Part shown: one piece after another, positions 12,020 through 23,969 of the stretch
Position numbering within the stretch: the stretch's first letter is position 1
Layout: every line of letters begins with the position of its first letter
From: Hemiscyllium ocellatum
Lineage: Eukaryota
Reading direction: 5' to 3'
Length of the DNA stretch: 64,000 nt
Assembly (NCBI RefSeq): GCF_020745735.1
Contig: NC_083403.1
Location: 71,643,003-71,707,002, forward strand
The notes under the pieces: model-generated
What the model saw: only the letters and a program-made list of their open reading frames with translations
What the model was told of the DNA's origin: nothing
Database searches by the model: none
Program-made: the position numbers and the translations under genes

Positions 12020-13310
12020 AATAATGTTCCCATGAGTGTGTACAACTCTGATCTTTGTCCTGCATACAGTTGACATAGTTTCACATTTGCATACTGGTTA
12101 TTCACCATCTTCATCCTTGCTTGTTTGTCAAGAGGTGCATGATGGGATAGGTACTGACTTGGAACATCACTCTCAGTGGCCTTCTGAAGATTTCTGCTGG
12201 CAAGGGTAACCCCCATATCCCAAGGTGCTGCTGTAAGGTAGAATATGGCAGCACAGAAATCTTGTTTTATTGTTTTACATTTCAGGATGAGAGATTTAAC
12301 AAAGTAAATGATTTGCTCGATTGGACAATCTTATCTGGGATCATGCGATGAGAACCCCATGTAGCACACCCATCTCTGAAACATCTGCCCCTTTCTTCAG
12401 ATTTCTTCAGATATGCCAAACAGAATCAGTATTGCACTAAATGTGCCTACTATGGTTGCACTTGAAGTGTTCTTTCAAATTTGGATAATTTGGGTGAAAT
12501 AATTGATGACTAGGATGAAGTTATCTCTATTCAAGACAAATAGATCTGTGCCAATTTTGGATTGAATGATACCAGAATCTTGTGTGACTGTGAGAAATTG
12601 GTGGCTTTGTGATGCCTTGCACGTTTTCATTAACATTTCAATGTCAATGTAATTCCTGGTCAATAGACCACTTGATATTCAAATCATCTTGTCTATTCTA
12701 TGCCCAAACATCCTTATGTAGCTGTGACAATACATTTAGCAGAGAGCTTTGGTCACAAGCACTTGTTTACCTTTGAAACAAATTCCTCTCAAAATACTGA
12801 GTCATCTCTTAGGCCAAAACTATCTGAGAGTGTCTGCATCTTATTTATCATGGAGAAAGTGAGGACTGCAGATGCTGGAGATCAGAGACAAGACTGTAGT
12901 GCTGGAAAAGCACAGCAGGTCAGGCAGCAAACGAGGACCAGGAGAAGTGATGTTTTGGGCATAAGCCCTTCATCAGGAAATCTTATTTATCATGTCAGTC
13001 CATCCTTCAATAATACATTTCTACATTACCTTCAGTTGTGGGTCATTTGCTGATTCCATTTGAGGCCGGTCATATTTACACTGACCAAAATGCAATAGAT
13101 AATTTTGAGAGCGTCTTTCATCTCGATGTCAATGCTGTCAATTTACAGATCCAATAGAAGGTTTGCATCCTTGTTTGGGTTTGGCAAAATACTCCAGGAA
13201 TCTGAGGTTTGTAGCTAAAGTTGAAGTCTTGCCCTTGTACTTTTACCAGAAGTCATTGTTCCTAGGTGGTGCACTTGTGATCAATTTCAACCAGGAACTA
13301 CTTAGAGGTT
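12020..13310 (-). mobile_element. Decayed Gypsy/Ty3 pol relic (RNase H end through integrase)
   Basis: Minus-strand pieces ITSAPP..LLVKVQGQDFNFSYKP, DIEMLMKTCKASQSH..KIGTDLFVLNRDNFILVINYF (ORF 12475..12663), ILFGISEEI and GLPLPAEIFRRP. Confidence 0.75.
12853..12979 (-). mobile_element. 127-bp solo PLE hammerhead plus tail unit (family A)
   Basis: TSD ATCTTATTTATCATG at 12838-12852 and 12980-12994. The 5' end is exactly TTCCTGATGAAGGGCTTATGCCC. Confidence 0.92.
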
Positions 13311-13314
13311 GCTT

Positions 13315-13505
13315 TTTAAAAATTCGTTCAGAGCTTGAGTGCTTCACTGCTTGCCAGCATTTATTATCAATTCCGAATTACCCGTCAGAAGGTTATGAGT
13401 TGCTTTCTTGAATCTCTGCTTTGTATCTGGTACAAAAACATTCACAATACAGTTAAGGGAGAGAGTTCCAGAATTTTGACCCAGCAACAGTGAGGGAACA
13501 GTTTT
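13315..13505 (-). mobile_element. 3' end of second LINE family (CR1/L2 superclade)
   Basis: Reverse complement resembles 42040-42220 (GGAACTCTCTCCCT..CAGCAATTCAAG..GGGCAATT..ATAAATGCTGG). Confidence 0.6.
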
Positions 13506-13983
13506 TGTTGACAGCACCTGTTTAAACAACCCAACGATATGTTGATACCATACAAATATTATGCCTTACTTTAGAATCTCTCAATGACTACATTTTGCAA
13601 GAAAAGTGCACAATGCATGATATCAAGAAGTTACAGAAACCAAGCCATCTCATAGTTTTTGTGAGGTAGTTATTAATTTTGAAGTTTTGGCTTTACCTCA
13701 GTCATGATAAGTTCATGAATCTAACATATGAAGCCCAAAACTTTGATCTTTTACACATTAACTTATGCCATTTCATACAATTGATAACACACCTTTCATG
13801 TGAGCTCCTGCTGTCACCTAATGAAGGTTCCAATCATACTTTTCTTTCGGTTCGCATTTTCATTGACAATGCATGTGCAAACAAGCACATTTTCCTGTAA
13901 CTCTGTTTAGAGATTGCTAAAAAAGATCTTGACCAACAAAGAAACCAAAAGCTAATCTCTGGAAGCAATATTTTCTAAATTGT

Positions 13984-14199
13984 CATGATTTGGAGATGCC
14001 AGTATTGGACTGGGGTGTACGAAGTTAAAAATCACACAACACCAGGTTATAGTCTAACAGATTTAATTGGAAGCACTAGCTTTCAGAGTGCAGCTCCTTC
14101 ATTAGGTAGTTGTGCACCTGATGAAGGAGCAGTGTTGCAAAAGCTAGTGCTTCCAATTAAATACATTGGACTATAACCTGGTGTTGTGTGATTTTTAAC
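13984..14199. mobile_element. Palindromic PLE pLTR insertion (family C)
   Basis: Inverted arms of ~85 bp (14022-14107 and 14116-14201) plus a ~38-nt tail on the left. TSD TTTC(T/G)AAATTGT at 13972-13983 and 14200-14211. Confidence 0.88.
14114..14150 (+). ncRNA. Degenerate minimal hammerhead motif (family C)
   Basis: GCAC-CTGATGA-A-GGAGC..-aAAAGCTA-GTGC. The inverted arm keeps GAAAGCTA. Stem I is GCAC/GTGC, stem III is palindromic AGCT, predicted site CUA. Confidence 0.65.
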
Positions 14200-14219
14200 T
14201 TTCGAAATTGTGTCATTGT

Positions 14220-14900
14220 ACACAGTTGCTCTAAGCAAGCAAACAGGTGCAGCAGTCAGTGATGAAAGCAAATGGTATGTTGGCCATTGTAGAGAAAGGA
14301 TTTGAGAACAGGAGCAAGAATGTCTTGCTGCAATTGTACAGGGTCTGGAGTATTGTGTGCAGTTTTGGACTCTTTAAACTAGGAAGCATGTTCTGGTTAT
14401 GGAGGAAGTGGAAAAGGGTTTACCCAGACTGATTTCAGCAATGCCACAACTCGCACATGAAGAGATACTAGAAGGGTTAGGATTGTATTCACTGGAGTTT
14501 GAAAGAATATGGGGGGATTCTCATAGAAACATATAAAATTGTAACAGGACTAAATGGAGTAAATGCAGGAAGGATGTTCCTGATGATTGCTGAGTCCAGA
14601 ACCAGAGATCACAGTTGAAGGAGGCTTTGTAGGCCATTTAGACTGAGATCAGGAGATGTTTCTTCACCCAGAGAGTAGTGAGCCTGTAGAATTCTCTAGC
14701 ACAGAAATTGGTTGAGGTCAAACCATTGATTTTTTTTTCAAGAAGGAGTTAGATATATTTCTTAGGGTGAAAGAGAGCAAAGGGTATGAGGAGGAAGCAA
14801 GAACAGGGTACTGAGTCAGATAATCAACCATGATCAAATTGAAGGATGGAGCAGGCTCAGAGGGCTGAATGGCCTTCTCTGACTCCTATTTTCCACGTGT
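14220..14900 (+). mobile_element. CR1 LINE 3' fragment
   Basis: KANGMLA..FENRSKNVLLQLYR followed by a CR1-type 3'UTR (GGGCTGAATGGCCT..CTCCTAT). Confidence 0.88.
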
Positions 14901-15039
14901 TTTGTTTCAAAATCTATGTTTAATATGGTTACAATTGGTTATAGGTGAAGAGTCAGTGTTATAATATGCATTAATTACAGCATGTAGGACAGTTCTACTT
15001 AGAAAAAAACTTAAGATAACAAGACACTAGGGTAGTGGG

Positions 15040-15720
15040 AGAGTAAATGTATAATCAAAATAAAAGACTGTGGGTTAATGCTCTAAAGCTGTTGAATTCA
15101 ATGTTGAACATCCAAGAATACAAGGAGTGCTGTAAAAAGCCGAAGTGAAAGTTTAGGCCTCTTTGCAACATTGCAGCAGACCTCGTTCAGAAATGTTCAG
15201 ATGAGCACAAAATGGTGTATTAAAATATCAAGCAAATGAATGATCAGGATCATTCTTATGGGTAGAGTAGAGGTGTTCCACAAAACAATCACCCCATCGA
15301 CACTGGGTGTTGCCAGAGCAGAGGAGATCACACTATGAGCAGTGAGTACAGGAAACTACATTGACAGAGTACAAGTCACTGGTGCACATGGAAGGTGTGT
15401 TTGGATCCTGAGGCAGTGAGGAGGGAGGAAGTAGGAAGACACGTGTTACAGCTTCTGCAATAACATGTGAAGGTGGGAGGGTGAAGAGGTGTCAGGCATA
15501 ACGGAAGAGTAGACCAGGGTGCAACGGAGGGAACAATCCCTGTGGAACACTGACGAGGGGCGAGGGAGACGTGTTTAATTGAGCATCCCAATGGATGTAC
15601 TGGAATGTCATGGAATAATCATTTAAATGTTGGCTGGTGAGTGGAAGGTAAAGACAAAGGGAACCCTACAGGAAAGGCAGGGAAAGAGCTGCGGAAACTG
15701 AAATTTTACTGCAACGTAAC
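15040..15720 (-). mobile_element. Old Neptune-type PLE fragment (Cys linker / GIY-YIG)
   Basis: ORF 15376..15591 contains TFTCYCRSCNTC..SKHTFHV, matching the TFPCHHRKCKSC linker of the 45-50 kb element. Confidence 0.7.
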
Positions 15721-15994
15721 AGGGAAACTGTCAGATGTTTGGCTAGCGATGTTTGCTTTTGTCTTCTTCGGGATTGAGTCTAACAATAGACAAATTAAAA
15801 TGTTGACCAGTGAGTGAATTACAGCCTTCATCTTCTATTTTTAATAATTCTTATTGTTACTAATAAGGTCAAGGGTTGATAGGAATTATCAACATTAGTG
15901 TTTATTAATATTAGCAAGACCTATTAATAGCAGTCTGTTTTATTAGTTTTGGGAAGTTTTCTTAAAAGCAGCAATGTTAAGAACAAAATTAGGA

Positions 15995-16400
15995 AATCTC
16001 AGAGGTGCTTCAACCTCGAGATTGTATGCACATCCTGTGCTATGTGGGAATTCCAGGATTTTCCCATATCCTGGACAACCATTTGTGTCGGAAATGTTGT
16101 CAGCTGCAGCAGTGTAAGCTCTGGGCTTCAGAACTTGAGCAGCAGCTGGTGTCACTGCAGTGCAGCCAGGAGGCTGGGAGTTACCTGGACAGCATGTTTA
16201 TAGAATTGGTCAGCCTCCAGCTTACGATTAGGAAAGGAGAGAGGAAATGAGTGACCATTAGGAAGTCAAAACCTCCAACAAACATCCAGGAATACAGGGA
16301 GTGCATTCAGCCAAATGACCAGATCTGAATACTGCTTAGAGAGTGATGGTTCATCTGGAGTCTGCAGCTAGAGCCAAGTTCAAGTGGCTCAGTTTACAAG
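15995..16400 (+). mobile_element. CR1 ORF1 N-terminal fragment
   Basis: CTSCAMWEFQD followed after a frameshift by NHLCRKCCQLQ..ELEQQLVSL, the Cys-rich zinc finger plus coiled coil of CR1 ORF1. Confidence 0.75.
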
Positions 16401-17039
16401 AGTGTATAAGGAATGGATATTGTTTCTGTTGTTGCAAAATTGAATCCAGGATGCAGAGTTGCGTCCCTGGGCAAGGGTTGTTCTGACCAACTGAGAAGGA
16501 GTAAAACGATTCCCCTCTTATCAACCTTTCCAGTTGGTGACAAAAAGGGTTTTACATGCTTTTCAGCACATGTCTATCTTTCTCCAGTTAAGAAGTAGTT
16601 AATTATTTTTTACTGCAATATTAAGTTACCAATTACGATTGCCTTGAGTGAAAGAAAGAGTGATTTACTTACCTGCTAACACTGAGGAACTAATAAAGAT
16701 GTAAGGTTAAACATGCAATATTTGTGCAGTCGTTGTTACTGATACACATAGTTAAAGGGAGGCGGTGTCCATTACAAAAGGGAAGATAAAAAAATGTAAT
16801 GTTTAGAGTCTTCAGGGCGCAATGAAGTTAATGGTTTTAACCTGAGGTCACCATTGAATTGTCAGCAATGGCAAATGTTGAATATATTCTTAAAGTTCTT
16901 GGCTTACTGATGTACCTTTCCAGTCAGTTTTGTCACTAAGGTTTTCTTCCTGACAGGCAGAAAGAAATAAAAGGAAATAGTGAATATTGAAGGCATTGGA
17001 TTGGTTGCTGATTGAGAGGATTGCTGTGTTTTAGAAGAT

Positions 17040-17735
17040 GTTGAACTTGCTGAATGTTATCACAGCTGCATCAATCCAGGAATATGAAGCACATTCTCTT
17101 AACCTCCTGACTTGTGCCTTGTAGATAGTGGACCAGCTTTTGGGAGTTAAGGGATGAGTTAATTGCCAAAGAATTCATATTCTCTAACCTGCTCTTGTAG
17201 CCACGGTTAGAACAGTTCAGTTCCTGGTCAATAGTCATCTCAGAATGCTGATAATGGGGGATTCCATGATGTAACACCATTGCATATCTAACAGTGAAGG
17301 TGATATTTTCTCTTGTGGTGATGGTGATTACCCGGTTCTTCTGTGGTGCAGCCTCTTACCAACACAAGCCTGATTGTTGTCCAGCTGGCAGCATCTTGAC
17401 ATGATTGCTTCACCATCTGCTGAATGTTGAGCAATATTCCCTTTCATCTTTTTCGGAACATGGAACTCCAAAACCAGAAGTAAATGTGACAGCATGCCAG
17501 TCAGGAACCTGGGAGTGTCTGCATGGGCTTGCACCTGAGAGGAGGTGGTGATAATACATTTTGCTGAACATTATTCAATCATCAGTGAAAATCCCCATCT
17601 TTAAGCTTATGATGGAGAGATGTATATTGATGAAGTAGTGAAAGGTAATTGGGCTGAGGTTAATGTCCGGAGGAACTCCTGCAGAGATGTTTAGTGCTGA
17701 GATGATTAACCTCCCACAACCATCTTCCATTGTGC
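17040..17735 (-). mobile_element. Second LINE family RT C-terminal fragment
   Basis: Minus strand gives an IYKAQVR..-like motif and a TIDQELN segment (ORF 17071..17280). Distinct from the dominant CR1. Confidence 0.65.
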
Positions 17736-17789
17736 AGTTCTGAGGAAGAGCTGTATCAGATGTTAAACTTCCTTACAGAATAATGATAG

Positions 17790-18088
17790 GTTTCCCTTGT
17801 TCTCACTTTCCACCCACCAGCCTACATTCAATGGATCACCTGATGACACTCCAGTACATTCAGCAGATGCAATAATTTAACACATCTTTCTTCACCCCCA
17901 TCTTGCTTGTCATCATTCCACAGGGACTGTTCCCTTAATCATCAACTCCTCTGTTATGATCAATACTTCGTCATCCTCCCATGGCAACTTCACATGCTAT
18001 TACAGAGGCAGAACACATGGTCCTTCTAACTCCTTTCTCCTCATTGTGCCAGGACTCGAACACACATTCCACATGAAGCAGCGACTTA
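17790..18088 (+). mobile_element. Old Neptune-type PLE fragment
   Basis: PLVLTFHP-like start (CCCTTGTTCTCACTTTCCACCC) and Cys-linker/HTFHMKQRL end, similar to 49320-49620. Confidence 0.65.
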
Positions 18089-19462
18089 TAGAATCATAGA
18101 GACGTACAGCACGGAAACACACCCTTCGGTCCAATTTGTCCATGCCGACCAGATATCCCAACCTGATCTAGTCCCATTTATCAGCACTTGGCCCATTCCT
18201 ATTCATATACCTATCCAGATGCCTTTTAAATGTTGCAGCTGTGTCAGCCTCCACCATTCCCTCTGGCAGCATTCTGCATCACCCTCTGTGTGAAAAAATT
18301 GCCCCTTAGGTCTCTTTTATATCTTTCCCTTCTCACGCTAAACCTATGGCCTCTAGTTCTGGACTCCCTCACTCCAGGGAAAATACTTTGTCTATTTATC
18401 TTATCCACACCCTCAAGATTTTATAAACTTCTATAAGATCACTCCTCAGCCTCTGATGCTCCAGGGAAAACAGCCCCAGGCTTTTGAGCCTCTCTCTATA
18501 ATTCAAATCCTCCAACCATTGCAACATTCTTGTAAATCTTTTCTGAACCCTTTCAAGTTTCACAACATTCCTCCGACATGAAGGAGACCAGAATTGCATG
18601 CAGTATTCCAAAAGTGGCCTAATCAACATCCTGTACAGCCGCAACATGACCTCCCAACTTCTATACTCAATGCACTGACCGATAAAGGCAAGCATACCCA
18701 ACGTCTTCTTCACTACCTTATCTACCTGTGAATCCACTTTCACAGAGCTATGAATCTGCACTTCAAGGTTTCTTTGTTCAGCAACACTCCCTAGGACCTT
18801 ACCATTTAATGTATAAGTCCTACTAATATTTGCTTTCCCAAAATGCAGTGCCTTGCATTTATCTAAGTTAAACTCCATCTGCCACTTCTCAGCCTATTGG
18901 CCCATCTGATCAAGATCCCATTCTAAAATGAGGTAACCTTCTTTGCTGTCGACTATATTTCCAATTTTGGTGTCTTCTGCAAACTTATTAACTATATGCT
19001 TACATCCAAATCATTTATAAAAATGACAAAAAAACAGTGGACCCAGCACCGATTCTTGTGGTCACAGGCTTCCAGTCTGAAAAGCAACCCTCCACCACAA
19101 CCCTCTGTCTTCTACCTTTGATCTAGTTCTGTATCCAAATGGCTAGTTCTCTCTGTATTCCAGGAGATCTAGCCTTGCTAATCAGTCTCCCATGTGGAAC
19201 CTTGCCGAAACTTGAAGTCCATATAGATCATGCCTACTACTCTGCCCTCATCAATCCTCTTTGTTACTTCTTCAAAAAGCTCAATCAAGTTTGTGAGACA
19301 TGATTTCCCATGTACAAACCTATGTTGACTCTCCCTAATCAGTCCTTGCCTTTCCAAATACATGTACATCCTGTCCCTCAGGATTCCCTCCAACAACTTG
19401 CCCAATACTGATGTCAGGCTCACTGGTCTATAGTTCCCTGGCTTATCTTTACCACCCATCTT
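18089..19462 (-). mobile_element. CR1 LINE 3' part (RT to tail)
   Basis: ORFs 19178..19459 and 18396..18878 are CR1 RT. The tail (reverse complement) TAGAATCATAGAGACGTACAGC lies at 18089. Confidence 0.95.
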
Positions 19463-20042
19463 TATTAGTTTTAAAATACTGATGGAAAAGGATAGACTGA
19501 ATTTAAAACGTTTAAGTTCTAAATTGGAGGAAGGCTAATTTTGACAGTATTAGGCAAGAACTTTCAAAAGCTGATTGGGGCAGATGTTCACTTGTAAAGG
19601 GATGGCTGGAAAATGGGAAGCCTTCAGAAATTAGATAATGGGAGTCCATAGATAGTCAGGGTGAAAAGAAAGGTTGGTAGGTGTAGGGAATGCTGGATGA
19701 CTAAAGAAATTGAGGGTTTGGTTAAGAAAAAGAAGGAAGCATATGTTAGATCGAATGAATCCTTAGGAGAGTATAAAGGTAGTAGGTGTATACTTAAGAA
19801 GAAAATCAGGAAGGCAAAAAGGTACATGAGAGAGTTAAGGAGAATCCAAAGTGATTTTATAAATACATTAAGGACAAAAGGGTAACTGAGGAGAGAATAA
19901 GACCCCTCAAAGATCAGCCTGGTGGCCTTTGTGTGGAGCTGCAGGAGATGGGGGAGATACTAAATGAATAAAATCTGATTGAAGATTTGTAGCTCGGGTA
20001 TCCGTTGTTGTGGTTCTGCTCGCCGAGCTGGAAGTTTTTGCT

Positions 20043-20082
20043 GCAAACGTTTCGTTCCCTGGCTAGGGAACATCATCAGTGC
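20043..20082 (-). ncRNA. Intact minimal hammerhead ribozyme motif (family D, inverted copy)
   Basis: Exact reverse complement of 20542-20581. Confidence 0.85.
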
Positions 20083-20541
20083 TGTTGGAGCCTCGTGTGA
20101 AGCGCTGCTTTGATGTTTCTTCCGGTATTTATATTGGTTTGTTCTTGCCGCTTCCGGGTGTCAGTTTCAGCTGCAGTGATTTGTATGTGGGGTCCAGCTA
20201 TCTCTAGTAGCCATACACTCAGACAACCAGCAACATGAATTTGATTGGGAAAACACCACTATCATAGGACAAGCCAGACAGAGAACAGCCAGAGAATTCC
20301 TAGAAGCGTGGCATTCATCCCCAAACTCCATCAACGGACACATTGACCTGGACACCATATACAAACCACTACAGCTGAAACTGACACCTGGAAACGGCAA
20401 GAACATCCATCAACAGACACATCGACCTGGACCCCACATACAAATCACTGCAGCTGAAACTGACACCCGGAAGCGGCAAGAACAAACCAATATAAATACC
20501 GGAAGAAACATCAAAGCAGCGCTTCACAAGAGGCTCCAACA

Positions 20542-20581
20542 GCACTGATGATGTTCCCTAGCCAGGGAACGAAACGTTTGC
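20542..20581 (+). ncRNA. Intact minimal hammerhead ribozyme motif (family D)
   Basis: GCA-CTGATGA-T-GTTCCCT agcc AGGGAAC-GAAACGTT-TGC. Perfect core, 7-bp stem II, palindromic AACGTT, predicted cleavage after GUU (20578). Confidence 0.85.
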
Positions 20582-20889
20582 AGCAAAAACTTCCAGCTCG
20601 GCGTGCAGAACCACAACATACTAAATGAATATTTTGCATCAGTGTTTACTGTGGAAAAGGACATGGAATGTATAGAATATAGGGAAATAGATGGTGGAAT
20701 TTATTGACAAGGTATCTAATATAGCTTACAAAATAAACAATACTTGTCTATTTTTTGCAGTTTCAAATTTTTTTTTAACATGTTTAACTGTTTGGTTTGA
20801 CGTATGAGACCATTATGAATGGCTGATTGAGTTTCAAATGCCATTACCTCAGTGGTGTGAACAATTCAATTGAGAGTTTAAAGAGACTT

Positions 20890-22570
20890 CATTGAATTCA
20901 TTCATTGGATGTGGACCTTGTTAGGGGAACCAACATTTATTGTCCATCCCTACTTGCCTGGAGTCCAGTTAAGAGTCAACAAATGCAGCTAGCAATGGAG
21001 ACCAATGGAGGCCAGACAGGGTAAGGACAGTAGATTTCCTGCCCTAAAGGGCATTAGTGAACCAGATGAGGTTTTACAACAATCAAGACTGGTTACATGT
21101 TTTGATTCGATTTATTATTGTCACATGTACCTAGGTACAGTGAAAAAAAATAGTTTTGTGTGCAGTACAAGTACTTCATACCATACAAACATCATAGAGT
21201 GACAAAACAGAACGAGGATTAGAAAGTTACAGTTGCAAAATGGTGCACAAAAGTGAGATCAACATTACATTTGAAATTTGAATGGTCCATTCAGAAGTCT
21301 AATAACAGTGGGGAAGAAGCAATTCTTAAACCTGTCAGTACGTGTTTAAGCTTTTGCATATTCTGCCTGATGGAAGAGGTTGACATGATTATAACCAGGG
21401 TGGGAGGGGTCTTTGATGATGTTCGCTGCCTTTCCAAGGCAACGAGAAGTGTACATGGTGTCAATGGATTGAAGGTTGGCTTGCATGACGGCCTGGACTG
21501 TGTTTACAACTCTCTGTAATTTCTTACAGTTCTGAGCAGAGCAGTTGCCATACCAAGCCATGATGTATTCAGATAGAATGCTTTCTATGTGCATTTATAA
21601 AAGTTGGTGAAACTTCTTATGGACATACTGAATTTCTCTTGCCTCCTGAGGAAAAAGACTCACTGTTGTGTCTTCTTAAACATTACATCATGCTGTGTTC
21701 AGGGCAGATTGATGGTGATCATCACTCCTCAGAACTTGATGCTCTTGACCATCTCCACATAGCGCTATTGATGTATTTAGGGGCATGCCCTCCTCCTTGC
21801 TTCCTGAAGTTGATGATCAGCTGTTTAGTTTTGCTGACATTGAGGAAGAAATTGTTATTTTCATGCCATGTCACCAAGCACACTTTCTCTTTCCTGTTTT
21901 CTGTCTCGACAATGGCCTACAATGGTGATGTCATCAGCGAACTGGTAGATAGAGTTCAGGTGAAATTTGTTTACACAGTCATGAACATACAAGGAATACA
22001 GTAAGGGCCTGAGTATACAGCCTTGCAGGGTATCATTGTTGAGGATTGTCGTGGAGGAGGTGCTGTTGCTCAACCTCATTGATTGCGGTCTGTGGGACAG
22101 GAAGTCGAGGATCCAATTGTAGAGAACAGAGATGGACCTAGGTTTCAGAGTTTGGTTGGAATTATAATCTTGAAGGCAGAGCTGCAATCAATAAGTAACA
22201 GTCTGATGTAGGCATCCTTATAATCCATACATTCCAGGGACGACTATAGCGCTAGCAAGATGGTTTCTGCTGTGGACCTGTTGTGCCTGTACACAAATTG
22301 CAAGCAATTAAGGCCAGCTGGGAGGCTAGAGTTGATGAAAGTCATGATCAACCTCTCAAAGCACTTCATAATTACGGAGGTCAGGGCCACTGGGCACTAG
22401 TCAGTGGTACATGGTTACCGTTACACCAGCTTTAATTTCAGATGCCTGAATTTGTTTTTGTTGAATTCAGATTTCACCATCTGCTATGATGAGATTCAAA
22501 CCCTTGTCCTCAGATCATTAGCGAGGGTTTGAATTATAGACTAGTAACATTACCAGTATACAGCCATCAT
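20890..22570 (-). mobile_element. SacSINE1-like SINE split by a Rex1/Babar insertion
   Basis: Tail and core at 20890-21100, tRNA-like head at 22403-22570. Duplicated TGGT(T)ACATG flanks the insert. Confidence 0.75.
21101..22402 (-). mobile_element. Rex1/Babar-type LINE 3' fragment
   Basis: [30 protein letters not shown] (21861..22187) and IESILS..AWYGNCSAQNCKKLQRVVNT (21346..21594). Confidence 0.88.
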
Positions 22571-22709
22571 TAATTAAAGCATTACCCTGTCATTGGGGTG
22601 GTGACTGAATTGAGGTTTGTTTTTATCAGTTGAAGAAAAACAAGAGTGCTGACAGGTAGCTCTGCTGGCTTTTAACTCTGTTAAAGGTACAGTACCCCTT
22701 ACATCTTCA

Positions 22710-23049
22710 TTACAGGATAAATAGAGAAAGTCTTTTCCCTGGAGGGGGGAATCCAGAAATAAAGGGCATAGGTTTAGGATGACAGGGGAAAGATATAAAA
22801 GGGACTGAAAGGGCAACTTTCTCAGACAGGGGGTGGTGTGTGTATGGAATGAGCTGCCAGCAGAAGTGGTGGATGCTGGTACAACTACAACATTTAAAAG
22901 GCATCTGGATGGGTATGTGAATATGAAGGATTTAGAGGAACATGGGCCAATGCTAGCAAATGGGACTAGTTTAGGTTAGGATGCATGGTTGACATGGATG
23001 ATTTGGACCGAAGGGTCTGTTTCCGTTCTGTACATCTCTATGACTCTAA
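22710..23049 (+). mobile_element. CR1 3' end
   Basis: Near-identical to 9270-9870 without the PLE insert. Ends CTGTACATCTCTATGACTCTA. Confidence 0.92.
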
Positions 23050-23969
23050 CTATTTTTTCAATGGTTGTTTAAATGAATCGTTGTGTTCAGTGTGAAGTGT
23101 GCTTGGGTGCAAACTCCATTGGATAACTTTTGCTCAATGGGTTGTTGGGTGAGAGGTTATGAGGAATGGAGGCACATGTAGGTCACAGAGGGAGCTTGGG
23201 AAATATGAGAAGCTGTGGAGGAGCTTGAAGAATATAAGAGACCATGGGGAATCAAAGAAGGGGTTTGTCTGTGGAATGGAGGGGACTGTCATGTGGAGTG
23301 GTTGAAGTAATAGGGGGGCTACTGTGGAGTGAGATGTGATGACTGAAAGGCTTGATATTCTATCGTTTGGCCAATGACCTAATGAAAGGAAATGGATATT
23401 CTAGACTTCTGGCCTTGCCATTTGTCCACTTTCATTGCCACTCCTAATCTGCCTATGAAAGTGCCAGACCCAACTCTATCCTGCCCTCACCTCCCTGGAA
23501 TAAGAATGTGATGTCTTTTTTAAAGGAGGTGGAAACTGGGAAATTATCTGAGTCAATCTTTCCATCTCTGCCAGCTTTCATTATTCAAGATTTTTAAGCC
23601 AATAAATAGATTGAAATCAAATAATATGTTTGAAGTTGGAATAAACTTCAGGATCAAGAGATTCAGCTCAAACTGAGGGAAGTCATCTGTGCACAGAGAC
23701 TTAAGTTAATTAAAACTTGAAAATACTAGAAATATTTAGCAGGTCTGGCAGCATCTGTGGAGAGAGAAAAACAGAGTTAATATTTCAGATTGGTATCTGC
23801 AGAGGCTGGATCATTAAATATACTCAAGGCTGTGTTTGACAGATTTTTAATCATTAAGGGAATCAGAGGTTATGGGAAAACGCTCTGGCTTTGAGGGATT
23901 ATAAGATCAGCCATGAACTCACTAAATTGTGGAGCAGACTCACTGGACTGAATGACTTACTTCTGCATC

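Larger units (their letters stand above)
19971..20617. mobile_element. Young inverted PLE insertion (Penelope/Poseidon-type, family D) with GIY-YIG C-terminus
   Basis: TSD ATACTAAATGAATA at 19957-19970 and 20618-20631. 191-bp inverted arms (20007-20197 and 20427-20617) differ at 2 sites. The spacer encodes LSLVAIHSDNQQHEFDWENTTIIGQARQRTAREFLEAWHS..SIN. Confidence 0.95.
19463..20697 (+). mobile_element. Inverted upstream segment of the same CR1 family (EN-RT linker), containing a PLE insertion
   Basis: Colinear with 7254-7852 of the full-length CR1 but in opposite orientation to 18089-19462. Confidence 0.88.

Noticed and set aside
20198-20548. ORF stop codon falling inside the hammerhead CTGATGA core
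   Set aside because: It arises only through the frameshifting 79-bp duplication. Without it the frame ends earlier at ..KNKPI*.
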